This document shows, piece by piece, positions 1-9,900 of a stretch of 64,000 nucleotides of DNA. Below the pieces are notes generated by a model. That model made no database searches, was not told the origin of the DNA, and worked only from the letters and a program-made list of their open reading frames with translations. The position numbers and the translations under genes were made by a program. Every line of letters starts with the position of its first letter. Within the stretch, counting starts at the first letter, position 1. The DNA comes from a virus (Duplodnaviria; Caudoviricetes), in the IMG/VR virus record IMGVR_UViG_3300037067_007848, positions 57,009-121,008 of that record; one strand, written 5' to 3'.

Positions 1-897
1 AATGTAATAAACAACGCTATTAAAGATGATAAACGTAGAAATATTATAGTCGCCCCCTACAATGGGGTATTCGACTATTTATTAGAGAAAAGTATAAAAC
101 ATAATTTTTATTATTTGGGCGGATTTCAATATATCAATGATTTGCCCATAGCCAAAAATGTTATTTCGCCCAATCCAAATGAATGGCCATTGTTTTTTAG
201 TGCCGACCTAATTATCTGCAATCATATAGAGGGGCAATTACAAGTCTGTCAACAAATATCTCAACTATTACACATTCCCCTTATTATTATTCATCATGGA
301 TTACCAAATAAATTTGTAAAAAATCAAGATAAAATTGTGTTGTTTAATACAAATGGGCAAAACGCACGAATTGTCTTAGAAGAACAAATAAATAGGGAGT
401 GGTTTGCCGAATTCCTAATGATCCCTGATATAGTTGAGCAATTTGAACTAGGCCCAATGACCGACGAGATTATAACAATTGGTGGGCAATATGATAATGG
501 GATAATGAATTTTATTAAACAAATCGAACAGGGTGTTCAAAAACGCATAAATGTTATTCGCCCAAAAACCTACGACGATGCTATTGATGCTATTAAAAAA
601 TGCGGCACATATCTATCTTTTGATAATGGGCTTGACAGAAATGGGTTTGTTTTATCAGCAATGGAAATGGGCAAACGTATTATTGCCACCCCGTCACCAC
701 TTAATATTTCATTGGTCCAAAATCAATATAACGGCTATATTGCGGATAATGCCTATTCCTTTGTAAAAATAATTAAAGAACCAATTAATCCAACTATATT
801 AAATAATGCTAAAATAACGGCATCACAATATATTGGGAATATTAATTTATGGGCACAATTTATAGAACAAAATCTTCACAAGTCTTTTAGGATATAA
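1..897 (+). CDS. GT-B (GT4-like) glycosyltransferase-fold protein, 5'-partial, degenerate
   Basis: Frame is open from base 1. C-terminal GFVLSAMEMGKRIIAT...VQNQYNGY resembles the GT4 EAMAxGxPVI...NG motif but lacks the conserved Glu residues. Confidence 0.6.
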   Translation, partial: NVINNAIKDDKRRNIIVAPYNGVFDYLLEKSIKHNFYYLGGFQYINDLPIAKNVISPNPNEWPLFFSADLIICNHIEGQLQVCQQISQLLHIPLIIIHHGLPNKFVKNQDKIVLFNTNGQNARIVLEEQINREWFAEFLMIPDIVEQFELGPMTDEIITIGGQYDNGIMNFIKQIEQGVQKRINVIRPKTYDDAIDAIKKCGTYLSFDNGLDRNGFVLSAMEMGKRIIATPSPLNISLVQNQYNGYIADNAYSFVKIIKEPINPTILNNAKITASQYIGNINLWAQFIEQNLHKSFRI

Positions 898-899
898 TA

Positions 900-1304
900 A
901 TGAAAATTAAAATTTCGACACAGATTTTACCAGAAAAGAAAGATGAAAACTATACCTATTTTTATATTGGGAACGCCCATATTCTCGAAGATGAATCGTG
1001 CGAAGAAATTATCTTGGACGATTGCCTAGACTTTGTGCAAAATCGTGATGAACAATTGGGCATTTTACTTAAAAAACTATCTCCAGGCGGAAAATTATCA
1101 ATGTATGGGCTGGACTTATTTGAATTGGCCCGCAGTATTCATAATGGGCAAAGTAGTGTAGCATCTGCAAATTCCATGATGTATAATAAAAAACAATCTT
1201 TGGACACATTATTTAGATTAATTACATCGTTTAGAAATGCACGATTAAATATTGTAGAAAAAAGTTTAGATGGAATGGTTTATAAAATAGAGGTAGTAAA
1301 ATAA
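900..1304 (+). CDS. class I SAM-methyltransferase-like fragment
   Basis: EDESCEEIILDDCLDFV...LLKKLSPGGKL matches the post-motif-I part of Methyltransf_11-type proteins. No clear GxGxG. Confidence 0.5.
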   Translation: MKIKISTQILPEKKDENYTYFYIGNAHILEDESCEEIILDDCLDFVQNRDEQLGILLKKLSPGGKLSMYGLDLFELARSIHNGQSSVASANSMMYNKKQSLDTLFRLITSFRNARLNIVEKSLDGMVYKIEVVK

Positions 1305-2114
1305 ATGGATAGTCCAATAGTTATAAATCAAATACATACCGCCTGTCAATATTGTGTTTTTGCCGATTATACCAACAATACTCAAGAGGGATGTGTTATT
1401 GGGGAATTAAACAAATTTCGTAATTATGGGTATGAAATTATAGAGGCAAAAACTGGAGAAATTGAAAATGGGCAAATAATTCCAGGAACAGAAGACGAAT
1501 TTTTTGTTATTAACAACACCAAATGTACAAAAAAACGTACAAATGATTGGAATTTCGCCAGTTCTTCACTAACAGAACAACTTCAGGCCGTTGGCAAGGA
1601 ATGTGAATTAAAGTACACCGCCGTTATATTCGAGGATAATAATCCATATGGTGTTTTTTGTACTGCCCAATCCCTATTAAAACAATCTATCCCTCCGCAA
1701 AAAATAATTGTTATTCGCCCATATAATTCTGGAACCAGCCCATTAGGATATGTCGGATTTTTTGAAAAAGAAAATATTTCGTGGAAAATACAAAATTTCT
1801 GCGAAGATTATTCTGAAGAAGAAATGACCGATATGGTGGTTTTTCACATTAAAACGTCGATCTATTCAATTTTTCATGCGGGATTTATTGTTCCGCCAAA
1901 CATGTTTAACGAATTAAACTATCAAGTGAATGAAGAGTTTTTAAATTTTATTTTAATTATCCCTAATTCTACACAAAATGGGCAGGTTGGAATGACGGCG
2001 GCCTATATGACCTTTAACGGCAATCTTGGACAAAATTTTGAAGAAAAAATTAAAGAAAGCAATCCTAAATGTCTATACCAAATATCGAGAATAATCAAAA
2101 ACTTCCCAGAATAA
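1305..2114 (+). CDS. Cys-containing N-terminus plus GT-A (GT2-like) degenerate domain
   Basis: CQYCVF/GC/KC at the N-terminus. TAQSLLKQSIPPQKIIVI resembles the GT2 SLLxQTxxPxEIIVV motif. Confidence 0.45.
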   Translation: MDSPIVINQIHTACQYCVFADYTNNTQEGCVIGELNKFRNYGYEIIEAKTGEIENGQIIPGTEDEFFVINNTKCTKKRTNDWNFASSSLTEQLQAVGKECELKYTAVIFEDNNPYGVFCTAQSLLKQSIPPQKIIVIRPYNSGTSPLGYVGFFEKENISWKIQNFCEDYSEEEMTDMVVFHIKTSIYSIFHAGFIVPPNMFNELNYQVNEEFLNFILIIPNSTQNGQVGMTAAYMTFNGNLGQNFEEKIKESNPKCLYQISRIIKNFPE

Positions 2115-2584
2115 TAATCGCCCATTATGATGAATTAGAATATTCTCTAGCCCAAAATATTATTGATAAAAAAATACCCCTAAGTATTCAACCGAATTTC
2201 GCCTTCAATGATATTTTACAAAAAGAACGGGCAGATATTTATATTTTTATTCCGCCAAATTGGACGATTATTAAAGAGGGAATTGAGAAAGCAATTAAAG
2301 TATTGGCCGAAAATCAGCATATTAATTATGTATATTTCGACTATAACGACCAATATTTATCGTCAGGCCCCCAATCATTAAAACAAATACCTCTCTTTGT
2401 AAAAAATTCGCCCTCTTTATTTAATCCAAATTTACAATATTTATATATGCACGAACTGTTTCTAAAACTTGAACAAATGAGTTTTGGGATACATATAGCC
2501 GAATCTTTTACAAAAACCACCCAGCAATTAATACAACAACAAATTCAACAGGACTTAGCAATTATCCATGAGTCGTGCAATTAG
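2069..2584 (+). CDS. GT2-like degenerate protein
   Basis: ADIYIFIPPN...IEKAIKVLAENQHINYVYFDY parallels the GT2 DYIxFLDxDD...LExxxxxL...VYxD segment. The DxD is absent. Confidence 0.4.
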   Translation: MSIPNIENNQKLPRIIIAHYDELEYSLAQNIIDKKIPLSIQPNFAFNDILQKERADIYIFIPPNWTIIKEGIEKAIKVLAENQHINYVYFDYNDQYLSSGPQSLKQIPLFVKNSPSLFNPNLQYLYMHELFLKLEQMSFGIHIAESFTKTTQQLIQQQIQQDLAIIHESCN

Positions 2585-3281
2585 AAATATATTTAGATTA
2601 AAAAAGAATGGATTTGAACAACTCGTAATTATCATATTAAGTGCGGGTGATAATCCAAAAATGAAAATTTATGGAGCTAGATCATATTTCAAACTCCCGA
2701 ATGGTCAAACAATTTTAGAAAGACAAGTAGATTTATTAAAAAAACAATTCCCCGAAACACCAATTATCGTCGTTCATGGATATAACTATAAAACGGCCAT
2801 AAGCAATGCCCCATGTGGAATAGTTAATGTCGTAAACACCGATTATGAAAATTATGGAATAGCCAAGACAATTCTGGCTGGATTACAAACAATTAAACAT
2901 ACATCTGCCCTTTTAATTTATGGGGACGTGGTTTTTAATACTGCGGCAATAAAAATTCCTGACAATAATAAATCCTCACTATGTCTTGGCAATAAAAATA
3001 AACTTGGTGAAGTTGGGGCAATTATAAATGATGGACAAATTATACGACTTATGTACGATATGCCAAAAACTTGGGGGCAAATTGCCTATATTACTAATCA
3101 AGAATTAAATATTCTAAATAATATTATCACAGATACCGAAACAGAAAAAATGACGGGATTTGAATTGATAAACACTATTATTGACAAGGGTGGAAAATTT
3201 ATCGAACATAGCAATAGATTTATTATGTGTGAAGATATAGATGCGGTAACAGATGTGAAAAAAATAGAGGGTCGATTATAA
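2568..3281 (+). CDS. NTP-transferase (LicC/MobA-like nucleotidyltransferase fold)
   Basis: IIILSAG...TILERQV...IIVVHGY...NTDYENYG...LIYGDVVF...EDIDAVTD follows the LicC-type motif order. The GxGxR signature is eroded to GDNPK. Confidence 0.7.
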   Translation: MSRAIRNIFRLKKNGFEQLVIIILSAGDNPKMKIYGARSYFKLPNGQTILERQVDLLKKQFPETPIIVVHGYNYKTAISNAPCGIVNVVNTDYENYGIAKTILAGLQTIKHTSALLIYGDVVFNTAAIKIPDNNKSSLCLGNKNKLGEVGAIINDGQIIRLMYDMPKTWGQIAYITNQELNILNNIITDTETEKMTGFELINTIIDKGGKFIEHSNRFIMCEDIDAVTDVKKIEGRL

Positions 3282-4051
3282 TGAAGATATTTTTGGACGT
3301 GGTTAAAGATATTAAGTTCGCCCATTTGTGCAATACAATTACCCAGATAGATGGTTTTCAACATTATATTCGGCATCCCCAACAACCATTTTTGTCGGCT
3401 GTTTTACAAATTAAGCCCGATTTAATCTTTATAGAAACCTGCAATATTACTAAATCTAAAGTAGAAATAGCCCAAAAAAATAATATTAAAATAGTGTGTT
3501 TTGGCCCCGAGACATATTTGACAAAAGATTTGCTAAGATTTGATTATCAAGAGGCCACAAATATACTAAATATTCCACCAATTTCTATAACGCCATTTGA
3601 TGTATTAATTTCGATAGATAAAATTTCAGAAAATATCATACATTTTTTAAGAGAGAATGGTTTATCATTCAAAATTGTTGGGGCGGGACATGTTGGAACC
3701 CCCGAGTATGTTGGCAATCCCAATGTGTTGAACATGGCGGCATTATACAAATCGTGCAAAATTATCATTACAAACGCCCATCTTAACGACGTAGCCATCA
3801 ATAAAGGATTTGCCCTGTGCGGGGTTGAAAATCAATACTTTCCTCTCTATAATAGTGATGAAGAGTTGACAACGACGATAGTTCATTATCTACAAAACGA
3901 CACATTGCGGCAAAACAAAATAAAAGAGGCATATAAACTAGCCACCCAAAATACTTACTTTCATATCCTATCTAATATTTTTGCCCAATTAAACTTTAAC
4001 AAAGAATCGGAATTATGTCTACAGGCGGTATCAAAAGTTTTGGGGTGTTGA
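3281..4051 (+). CDS. CgeB-like (Glyco_trans_1_2) glycosyltransferase-fold protein
   Basis: IKPDLIF at the N-terminus. MAALYKSCKII...EELTTTIVHYLQNDTLRQNKIKEAYKLATQNTY is a typical CgeB-family C-terminus. Confidence 0.6.
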   Translation: MKIFLDVVKDIKFAHLCNTITQIDGFQHYIRHPQQPFLSAVLQIKPDLIFIETCNITKSKVEIAQKNNIKIVCFGPETYLTKDLLRFDYQEATNILNIPPISITPFDVLISIDKISENIIHFLRENGLSFKIVGAGHVGTPEYVGNPNVLNMAALYKSCKIIITNAHLNDVAINKGFALCGVENQYFPLYNSDEELTTTIVHYLQNDTLRQNKIKEAYKLATQNTYFHILSNIFAQLNFNKESELCLQAVSKVLGC

Positions 4052-4488
4052 TTGACGGGCTAAATAATAGCCAATTAATCCACACTCTATTATTCAATCT
4101 TAATAAAATTGTTCAAACAAACCCTAATTATTCGCCCACTATATTTTACCAGTCTATTGGGCAGTGTCAAATGCCATCCATGGTGGCCAAAATGCACTAT
4201 TGCAATGCCTGGAATTATCCCCATACATTAATTGCGACTAACTTAAATACGGCATCAATATTATTAAATTGTATTAGGCCAAAAAAACGCCTATTTTATG
4301 TACATGACCCAGAATGGACATTTTTACATTGTCCACCATTTGATTTAGTAAACAATATTTATAACAATCCAAAAATCCAACTTATTGCACGTAGCAAACA
4401 CCACTTTAACCTTATAAAACGTGTTTGGAAAGAACCAATTGGTATTATTGAAAACTTTGATATAGAACAATTATTGGAATATATATAA
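4015..4488 (+). CDS. hypothetical protein resembling a GT-B N-terminal domain
   Basis: LIAT...TA...KKRLFYVHDPEW...LIARSKH resembles the N-terminal domain of WsaF-like GTs. Overlaps the upstream gene. Confidence 0.4.
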   Translation: MSTGGIKSFGVLIDGLNNSQLIHTLLFNLNKIVQTNPNYSPTIFYQSIGQCQMPSMVAKMHYCNAWNYPHTLIATNLNTASILLNCIRPKKRLFYVHDPEWTFLHCPPFDLVNNIYNNPKIQLIARSKHHFNLIKRVWKEPIGIIENFDIEQLLEYI

Positions 4489-4520
4489 TTAAAAGGCAAT
4501 TCTTAAAATAAGGTAAAAAT

Positions 4521-5297
4521 ATGGAAAATCCGCAAATTAATCCGCAAATTAATCTACAAATTGATCCACGATTAGACGAAGATTACGAAATTAAAGAGGA
4601 AGATGTAGATAGTAATGAACAGGTGGAAGATATTCCAACAATGACCTCTCCCGAATGGGATGGATATGTTCTGTCACATTTTGCCCCTGATGAATTAAGT
4701 GATGGTCACCCAACTGTTGGAGGTTTAAGACGTGTGGCCGAATATTTATTGGGCGAAATTATTTCGAGTATTTCGGACGTAGTTCAGCCCCCAGTTAGCC
4801 CAGACCTTAGGGCGACCGTAATCCACACTATTACTTTTGAAAGTGGAAAACGTTTTAGTGGGGCTGCCGACTCATATTATGGAAATACCGACAAACCCTA
4901 TGGCCTTTTCCCAACGTCTATAGCCGAAACACGGGCTGAGGCAAGGGCTTTGCGACGGGCCTTAAAATTGAAAAATATTGTAAGTGCCGACGAATTGGCC
5001 AAAGACCTTGACGATAAATCAAAGAAGAAAATAGACAAATCTAACGAATCCAATGAGCCTGTAGAACCAATTAATGATACCCAGGTAAATTGTGTTAATG
5101 TGTTGTGTGGGCGGAACAACATAAATGTACAAAAAACAGTTCAAAAACATTTTGGAGGAATAAAAAATATAAAAGAATTAACGCGGGAACAGGCTACAAA
5201 TTTAGTTCAAATATTATCGGGATTGCAACAGGATAGAACAAAAATTACTGACGATGTGGCGGGTTTTAATGTGGATTGGAAGGCAAATTTTGCCTAG
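4521..5297 (+). CDS. Rad52/Sak-like single-strand annealing protein (putative)
   Basis: FSGAAD...IAETRAEARALRRAL...SADEL core plus a C-terminal LTREQATNLVQIL helix. Confidence 0.55.
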   Translation: MENPQINPQINLQIDPRLDEDYEIKEEDVDSNEQVEDIPTMTSPEWDGYVLSHFAPDELSDGHPTVGGLRRVAEYLLGEIISSISDVVQPPVSPDLRATVIHTITFESGKRFSGAADSYYGNTDKPYGLFPTSIAETRAEARALRRALKLKNIVSADELAKDLDDKSKKKIDKSNESNEPVEPINDTQVNCVNVLCGRNNINVQKTVQKHFGGIKNIKELTREQATNLVQILSGLQQDRTKITDDVAGFNVDWKANFA

Positions 5298-5326
5298 GTA
5301 TAACAACGTATAAAGAAAGGTTTACA

Positions 5327-5656
5327 ATGAAAGTTACATTTTACGCAACTGACAATTTGAAGTTTGAAGTCGACGGCGAGATGCAGATTGATGTTTTTGA
5401 AAAAATCTCCTCAATCCAAGAGGTCTTTTCACACACAACCTGCGGGGTTTGCGGGGCCGAGGCAATTTTTAGGGTCCGCGAAGACAAAGAAGGCAATAAA
5501 TACTACGAAATGTATTGTATAGACCTGTCCTGCCGTGCAAAATTAGCATTTGGGCAAAACAAAAAGGGCGGCACCCTATATCCAAAACGTAAAGACAAAG
5601 AGGGGAATTGGATTCCTAATAATGGTTGGGAGAAATACGAAGCAAAACCAGCCTAG
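5327..5656 (+). CDS. Zn-binding phage protein
   Basis: GAAAGG RBS before ATG at 5327. CGVC...C-x4-C. Confidence 0.6.
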   Translation: MKVTFYATDNLKFEVDGEMQIDVFEKISSIQEVFSHTTCGVCGAEAIFRVREDKEGNKYYEMYCIDLSCRAKLAFGQNKKGGTLYPKRKDKEGNWIPNNGWEKYEAKPA

Positions 5657-5683
5657 CCTTTATTGTTAAATCTTTTCTTAATA

Positions 5684-5718
5684 ATCCGTCAGGAAATGAT
5701 TTCTTGGCGGATTTTTTT
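5684..5718 (+). terminator. rho-independent terminator
   Basis: ATCCGTCAGGAAA / TTTCTTGGCGGAT stem (with G-U pairs) followed by a T run. Confidence 0.6.
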
Positions 5719-5731
5719 ATAAAGGAATAAA

Positions 5732-6298
5732 ATGAGTTTAGATAAACGCCGCGATAATCGTTCAAAGGCCGAATTCAAAAAAGATATGATAAACGCCGCC
5801 CAAAAAGAGGCAAAATGGATGGAGATTTTGTGCGGCCAACTCAAACGAAATAAACGTGAATTTACACTGCGGGATACGGGCGTTGACAATACGGGCAAAT
5901 TAATTGATGGGGTATTACCGAAAAATACGCCCGACTTTTATTTAGAGAATAATAATGGGGGTGGTCAATATATTGAAGTCAAAACCGCCCCCGAATTTTG
6001 CGATGGTAAATTTTACACATTTAAGGTGTCGTCGCTCAAAATGTGCATCGCCCATAATTCCTGGATATTTTTGCCCCGCCGCCCATTTTTCTATTTAATT
6101 CAATGTGGCGGAATGGAAAAACTGCTCGAATATTCGCCCAAGATTTATCCTGGGTTTTCGCCCAATGATCCCGCTATTCGTATTTATCACAAAAACTTTA
6201 TTTCCTTATTAAATAATGGGTTGGTCACTAAACATAATTGGGATAAAATATCGCGTCAGCTAATTGACGATTCGGCCCAAGAATTTGGACTGTTTTAG
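5732..6298 (+). CDS. PD-(D/E)XK nuclease
   Basis: E...TPDFYL...YIEVKT motif. Confidence 0.65.
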   Translation: MSLDKRRDNRSKAEFKKDMINAAQKEAKWMEILCGQLKRNKREFTLRDTGVDNTGKLIDGVLPKNTPDFYLENNNGGGQYIEVKTAPEFCDGKFYTFKVSSLKMCIAHNSWIFLPRRPFFYLIQCGGMEKLLEYSPKIYPGFSPNDPAIRIYHKNFISLLNNGLVTKHNWDKISRQLIDDSAQEFGLF

Positions 6299-6307
6299 GT
6301 TCTTCCC

Positions 6308-6934
6308 CTAAGTTCTTCCAACTTTATTACATCCACACCCGCCACCACCATTATTGGTTGGGCTTGCCTTTTGTATAGTCGCCCCCACAATATTATTTTC
6401 GGCCTCAATTCTGGCCTGTTCTATTTCTGACTCTGTTGGTGGCTGCGGTATTTGGTTATCGGATAGTGGCAAACTTTGCGGAGATTCAATTACTGCTGGT
6501 GTAAAACCCTCTTCCTCTATCCATTTTGGCGGATTCCCAGGGCATCGTGTCGTAGCCCATGCAATTTTATTTAGATATTTTCGCTGATTAATATAACACC
6601 CACATATTTTACACGCATATCCATTATACATTTCACATTTTTCGCATTGTTCTTTGAAAATTTGATCTATTTTCTCTTGTGAACGCATTGGGCGACCAGC
6701 AAGATTCCAATGAATGTAGGAATCGGCATAGGATTTCATTCTTGTCCAAGTATTGGGCATCTCAATAATATTTTTATTTTGTTGTTCAGAAATATTCTGT
6801 TTAATATTATTTTCTCCAGGACGACAAAAACGATTTGGTGGTTTCCCCAGCCCCACCTTATCTTCCCACGGCACTTTACAATTTTGACAAATAAATATTT
6901 TATTAGATTGCTTATAAAATTGACATACTTTCAT
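6308..6934 (-). CDS. Cys-rich protein at the end of the tail operon
   Basis: CEKC-x6-CKICGC...K...W...CP...KW motif. Last gene of the minus-strand module. Confidence 0.55.
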   Translation of the reverse strand: MKVCQFYKQSNKIFICQNCKVPWEDKVGLGKPPNRFCRPGENNIKQNISEQQNKNIIEMPNTWTRMKSYADSYIHWNLAGRPMRSQEKIDQIFKEQCEKCEMYNGYACKICGCYINQRKYLNKIAWATTRCPGNPPKWIEEEGFTPAVIESPQSLPLSDNQIPQPPTESEIEQARIEAENNIVGATIQKASPTNNGGGGCGCNKVGRT

Positions 6935-6943
6935 TACAACCTC

Positions 6944-9900
6944 TTAATAATGTATTGTTCTAATAATTTTCATAAATGATGATAAATCTACAGAATAACA
7001 ACAGTTTGAGTCATGCCCAGAACAAATGGCTTCACAACTTCCACAGTTAATAGTACCAAGATAATATGTTTCGGGATATATATGGTATGCGGGGTAGTCC
7101 CTATTTGTTATTGTTGGAAATGTAACCTGAAGTTTACTTTCTAAATTATTGCTATACATCGCTGAAGCCATATAAACTTCTGTAGGCCCAGATTCTAATT
7201 CATAATAATATTCACCATTTGGATAGTGTTTTGTTGCAATATAACCCTGAACAATTGAATTAATTCTATAATTATTAATAATATATATAGTGCTATTAAT
7301 TGTTACGCTACTATCATAGGCATATTCAGCCACCGAAACACTCTCATAATATGGTGCCAATCCAATACCATCATTGGGGAAGCTCCATGTTTGTCCATCT
7401 TGAAGTCCTGCATAAAAATATTTTTCCGATACTATTTGACTTACTAAATATCCCCAGCCAGATGGAAAATTATATATTTGCCCATTAATATTATCGCCGT
7501 TTTTACAAGAACTAACATATCCACCGCCATGAATAACTCTATAAAATGTAGCATCTGGTTCTCGAATACAATTAATGCCAACTATTGGTTGTGGCCCCCA
7601 GTGATGGCAACTATCCGTTGGTGATTTTTCCAGGGTAATATCCATACTGGTATATGTGGATGCAGTTGGTGCTTTATATTGTCCCGAATCAATTTCTATT
7701 GTCAATGTAGTTCCGCCGTGCAATATATTTTCAACATACCACGTTGAATCACCCGCCCTATTATCATAAAACACGTCATATGGAATATAATTTAGGACAA
7801 CACTTCCAAAACTATTAAAATTAATGGGGTCATCAAATGGGTCGCTTAACCAACTACTATAAGAAAAACGGTATTTACCATTACTATCTTTAATCAATGA
7901 CAGGCCATTAGTCCAGGTATTTGCGGTTACGGACTGTGCAGAAAAAAAATATGGAATATTATTTGTATTTTGAAGATTATAATTACCAACAGTTATTGCA
8001 CAGCCAAACGATACTAATGTCCCACATAATTTATAATATTCAATAGGATACCCATATGTCTCTAAAATATGATGTTCGGTATATCCTGCAAAATTACCTA
8101 CCAAATCTGGCATACAACAGGCCCCGCCTTTATAATAAGGTAGACAATAATAATCGGAATTAGATACATCAGAACATAATATACTTGGATTATATGTAAA
8201 TGTTGCTACGGCATCATCACGGAATTTTTTTATTGGCCCCAAAGCTCCTGTTGTAACCGCTGTATTTTTTTGTACTGGTAATGCCTCATTATTAAAATCA
8301 AACATATTTGGTTGATATTGTGATAAATCCTCTGAAAATTTAGCAAGTTGCCCATATGGCGTAACATAGGTATAAACACACCTTGGCATATTGGTAGAAA
8401 AAGACGCTGGATAAAATTTTCCAAAATGTGGATTTAATATCATGTACTGATCTGTATAATTGGACAAATCTAACAAATATGTATATTGTGGTAAAAGACT
8501 AAATATAAATGGATAAACAACACTTTCATAAGAATGGGCATAATATCCAAAAATCCCATCTTCCATTACATCTTCTATGTTATAGGCATATCCCCCACTA
8601 CCTAAAACATATTGATTACTGCCAATAGATGTTATTCCTGTTCCGCTTGCTTTGATACTATTAGATGAGTATTTATAATATAATGTATAAAAATCATTAC
8701 CTCCACCAGTGGCACATGGATCATAATAATTTTCATAATAAACAGTCTGATCGGATGGATATTGTGCATTAAAAATAATATTTCCGCCACCCACATTTAT
8801 TATTGGTTCTCCACCAGTTGCATATGTTAATGAATATTCTACAACATTTTGAGATGTTCTTACTGTACAATTAGAGGTATATGTTTCTCCACCGATAGTA
8901 GCCCCACCATATCGAACAAAACATGCAGGCTGTAAACTTGGGCCACTCCCATTGCCTTCGTATTCAACTATAGGAAATGTTGAAATATTAACACTTGGTG
9001 AATAATTATCTATATAATCCAATATGGTAATACCATTTGCCCCACGAATACTTTCATCAAAACAACATGGTTGCGGTTGTACACTATCAGTATATGCAAC
9101 ATAACATTTTGGCCCACAATTTACAATTAGTCTGTTAAATCCAATTAAATTGCCATTAGCTCCTTGACATTCAACCGAAAATTTTACATCTCCTTTATTA
9201 AAATCGTCTATATCAACAGTGGAAATTAAATCGGTAAGATCGGTCATTGCACTACCATTATCACAGGCGTTTACAACATCAGTGTGCCCATTTGCCGATA
9301 ATGTTCCTGCGATTAATCGAACAACTTCTTTATCATATACAATATAGACCTTATTTATTAATCCTGGGATATTATTTTTTGATGCTAAAGTCGTTCCTTT
9401 ATATGTAAATTTACTATCACAATATATTTGTCGTCCCCAAGTTAGGGTATCGTAAAGATCATTACACCGAACATCGTGTATAATATATGTTTTGTAATTA
9501 AAAATACTTTCTAAACAATAATCGCCATTAGAACCAAAATATAATTTATACGAACTTCCATTTTGCCCACTAAAATATGGGTAAGACAGTGCAATATTAG
9601 CATAATTGTACAAACCTGTTAAATTTCCTGTGGCCGATGTTATTGTACTATTAAATATTCCAGAAGGAGTATTAGTATTAGTGAATACATCAGGATATGG
9701 TGTATATTCTACACTATAATTTGACAATGGGGAAAAAGCTAGATTTTTATACGAAGCCTTGCCATTTCCAATATAGGTGGAACGACTTGTAATAGGAATG
9801 CTATCAGTTGTAGAATATTGAAATCCTTCTCCTACGACACATGGACGCCCAATATCCATATCACCATTATCTAATGTCCATGGGTCCAGAGAAGAATTTC

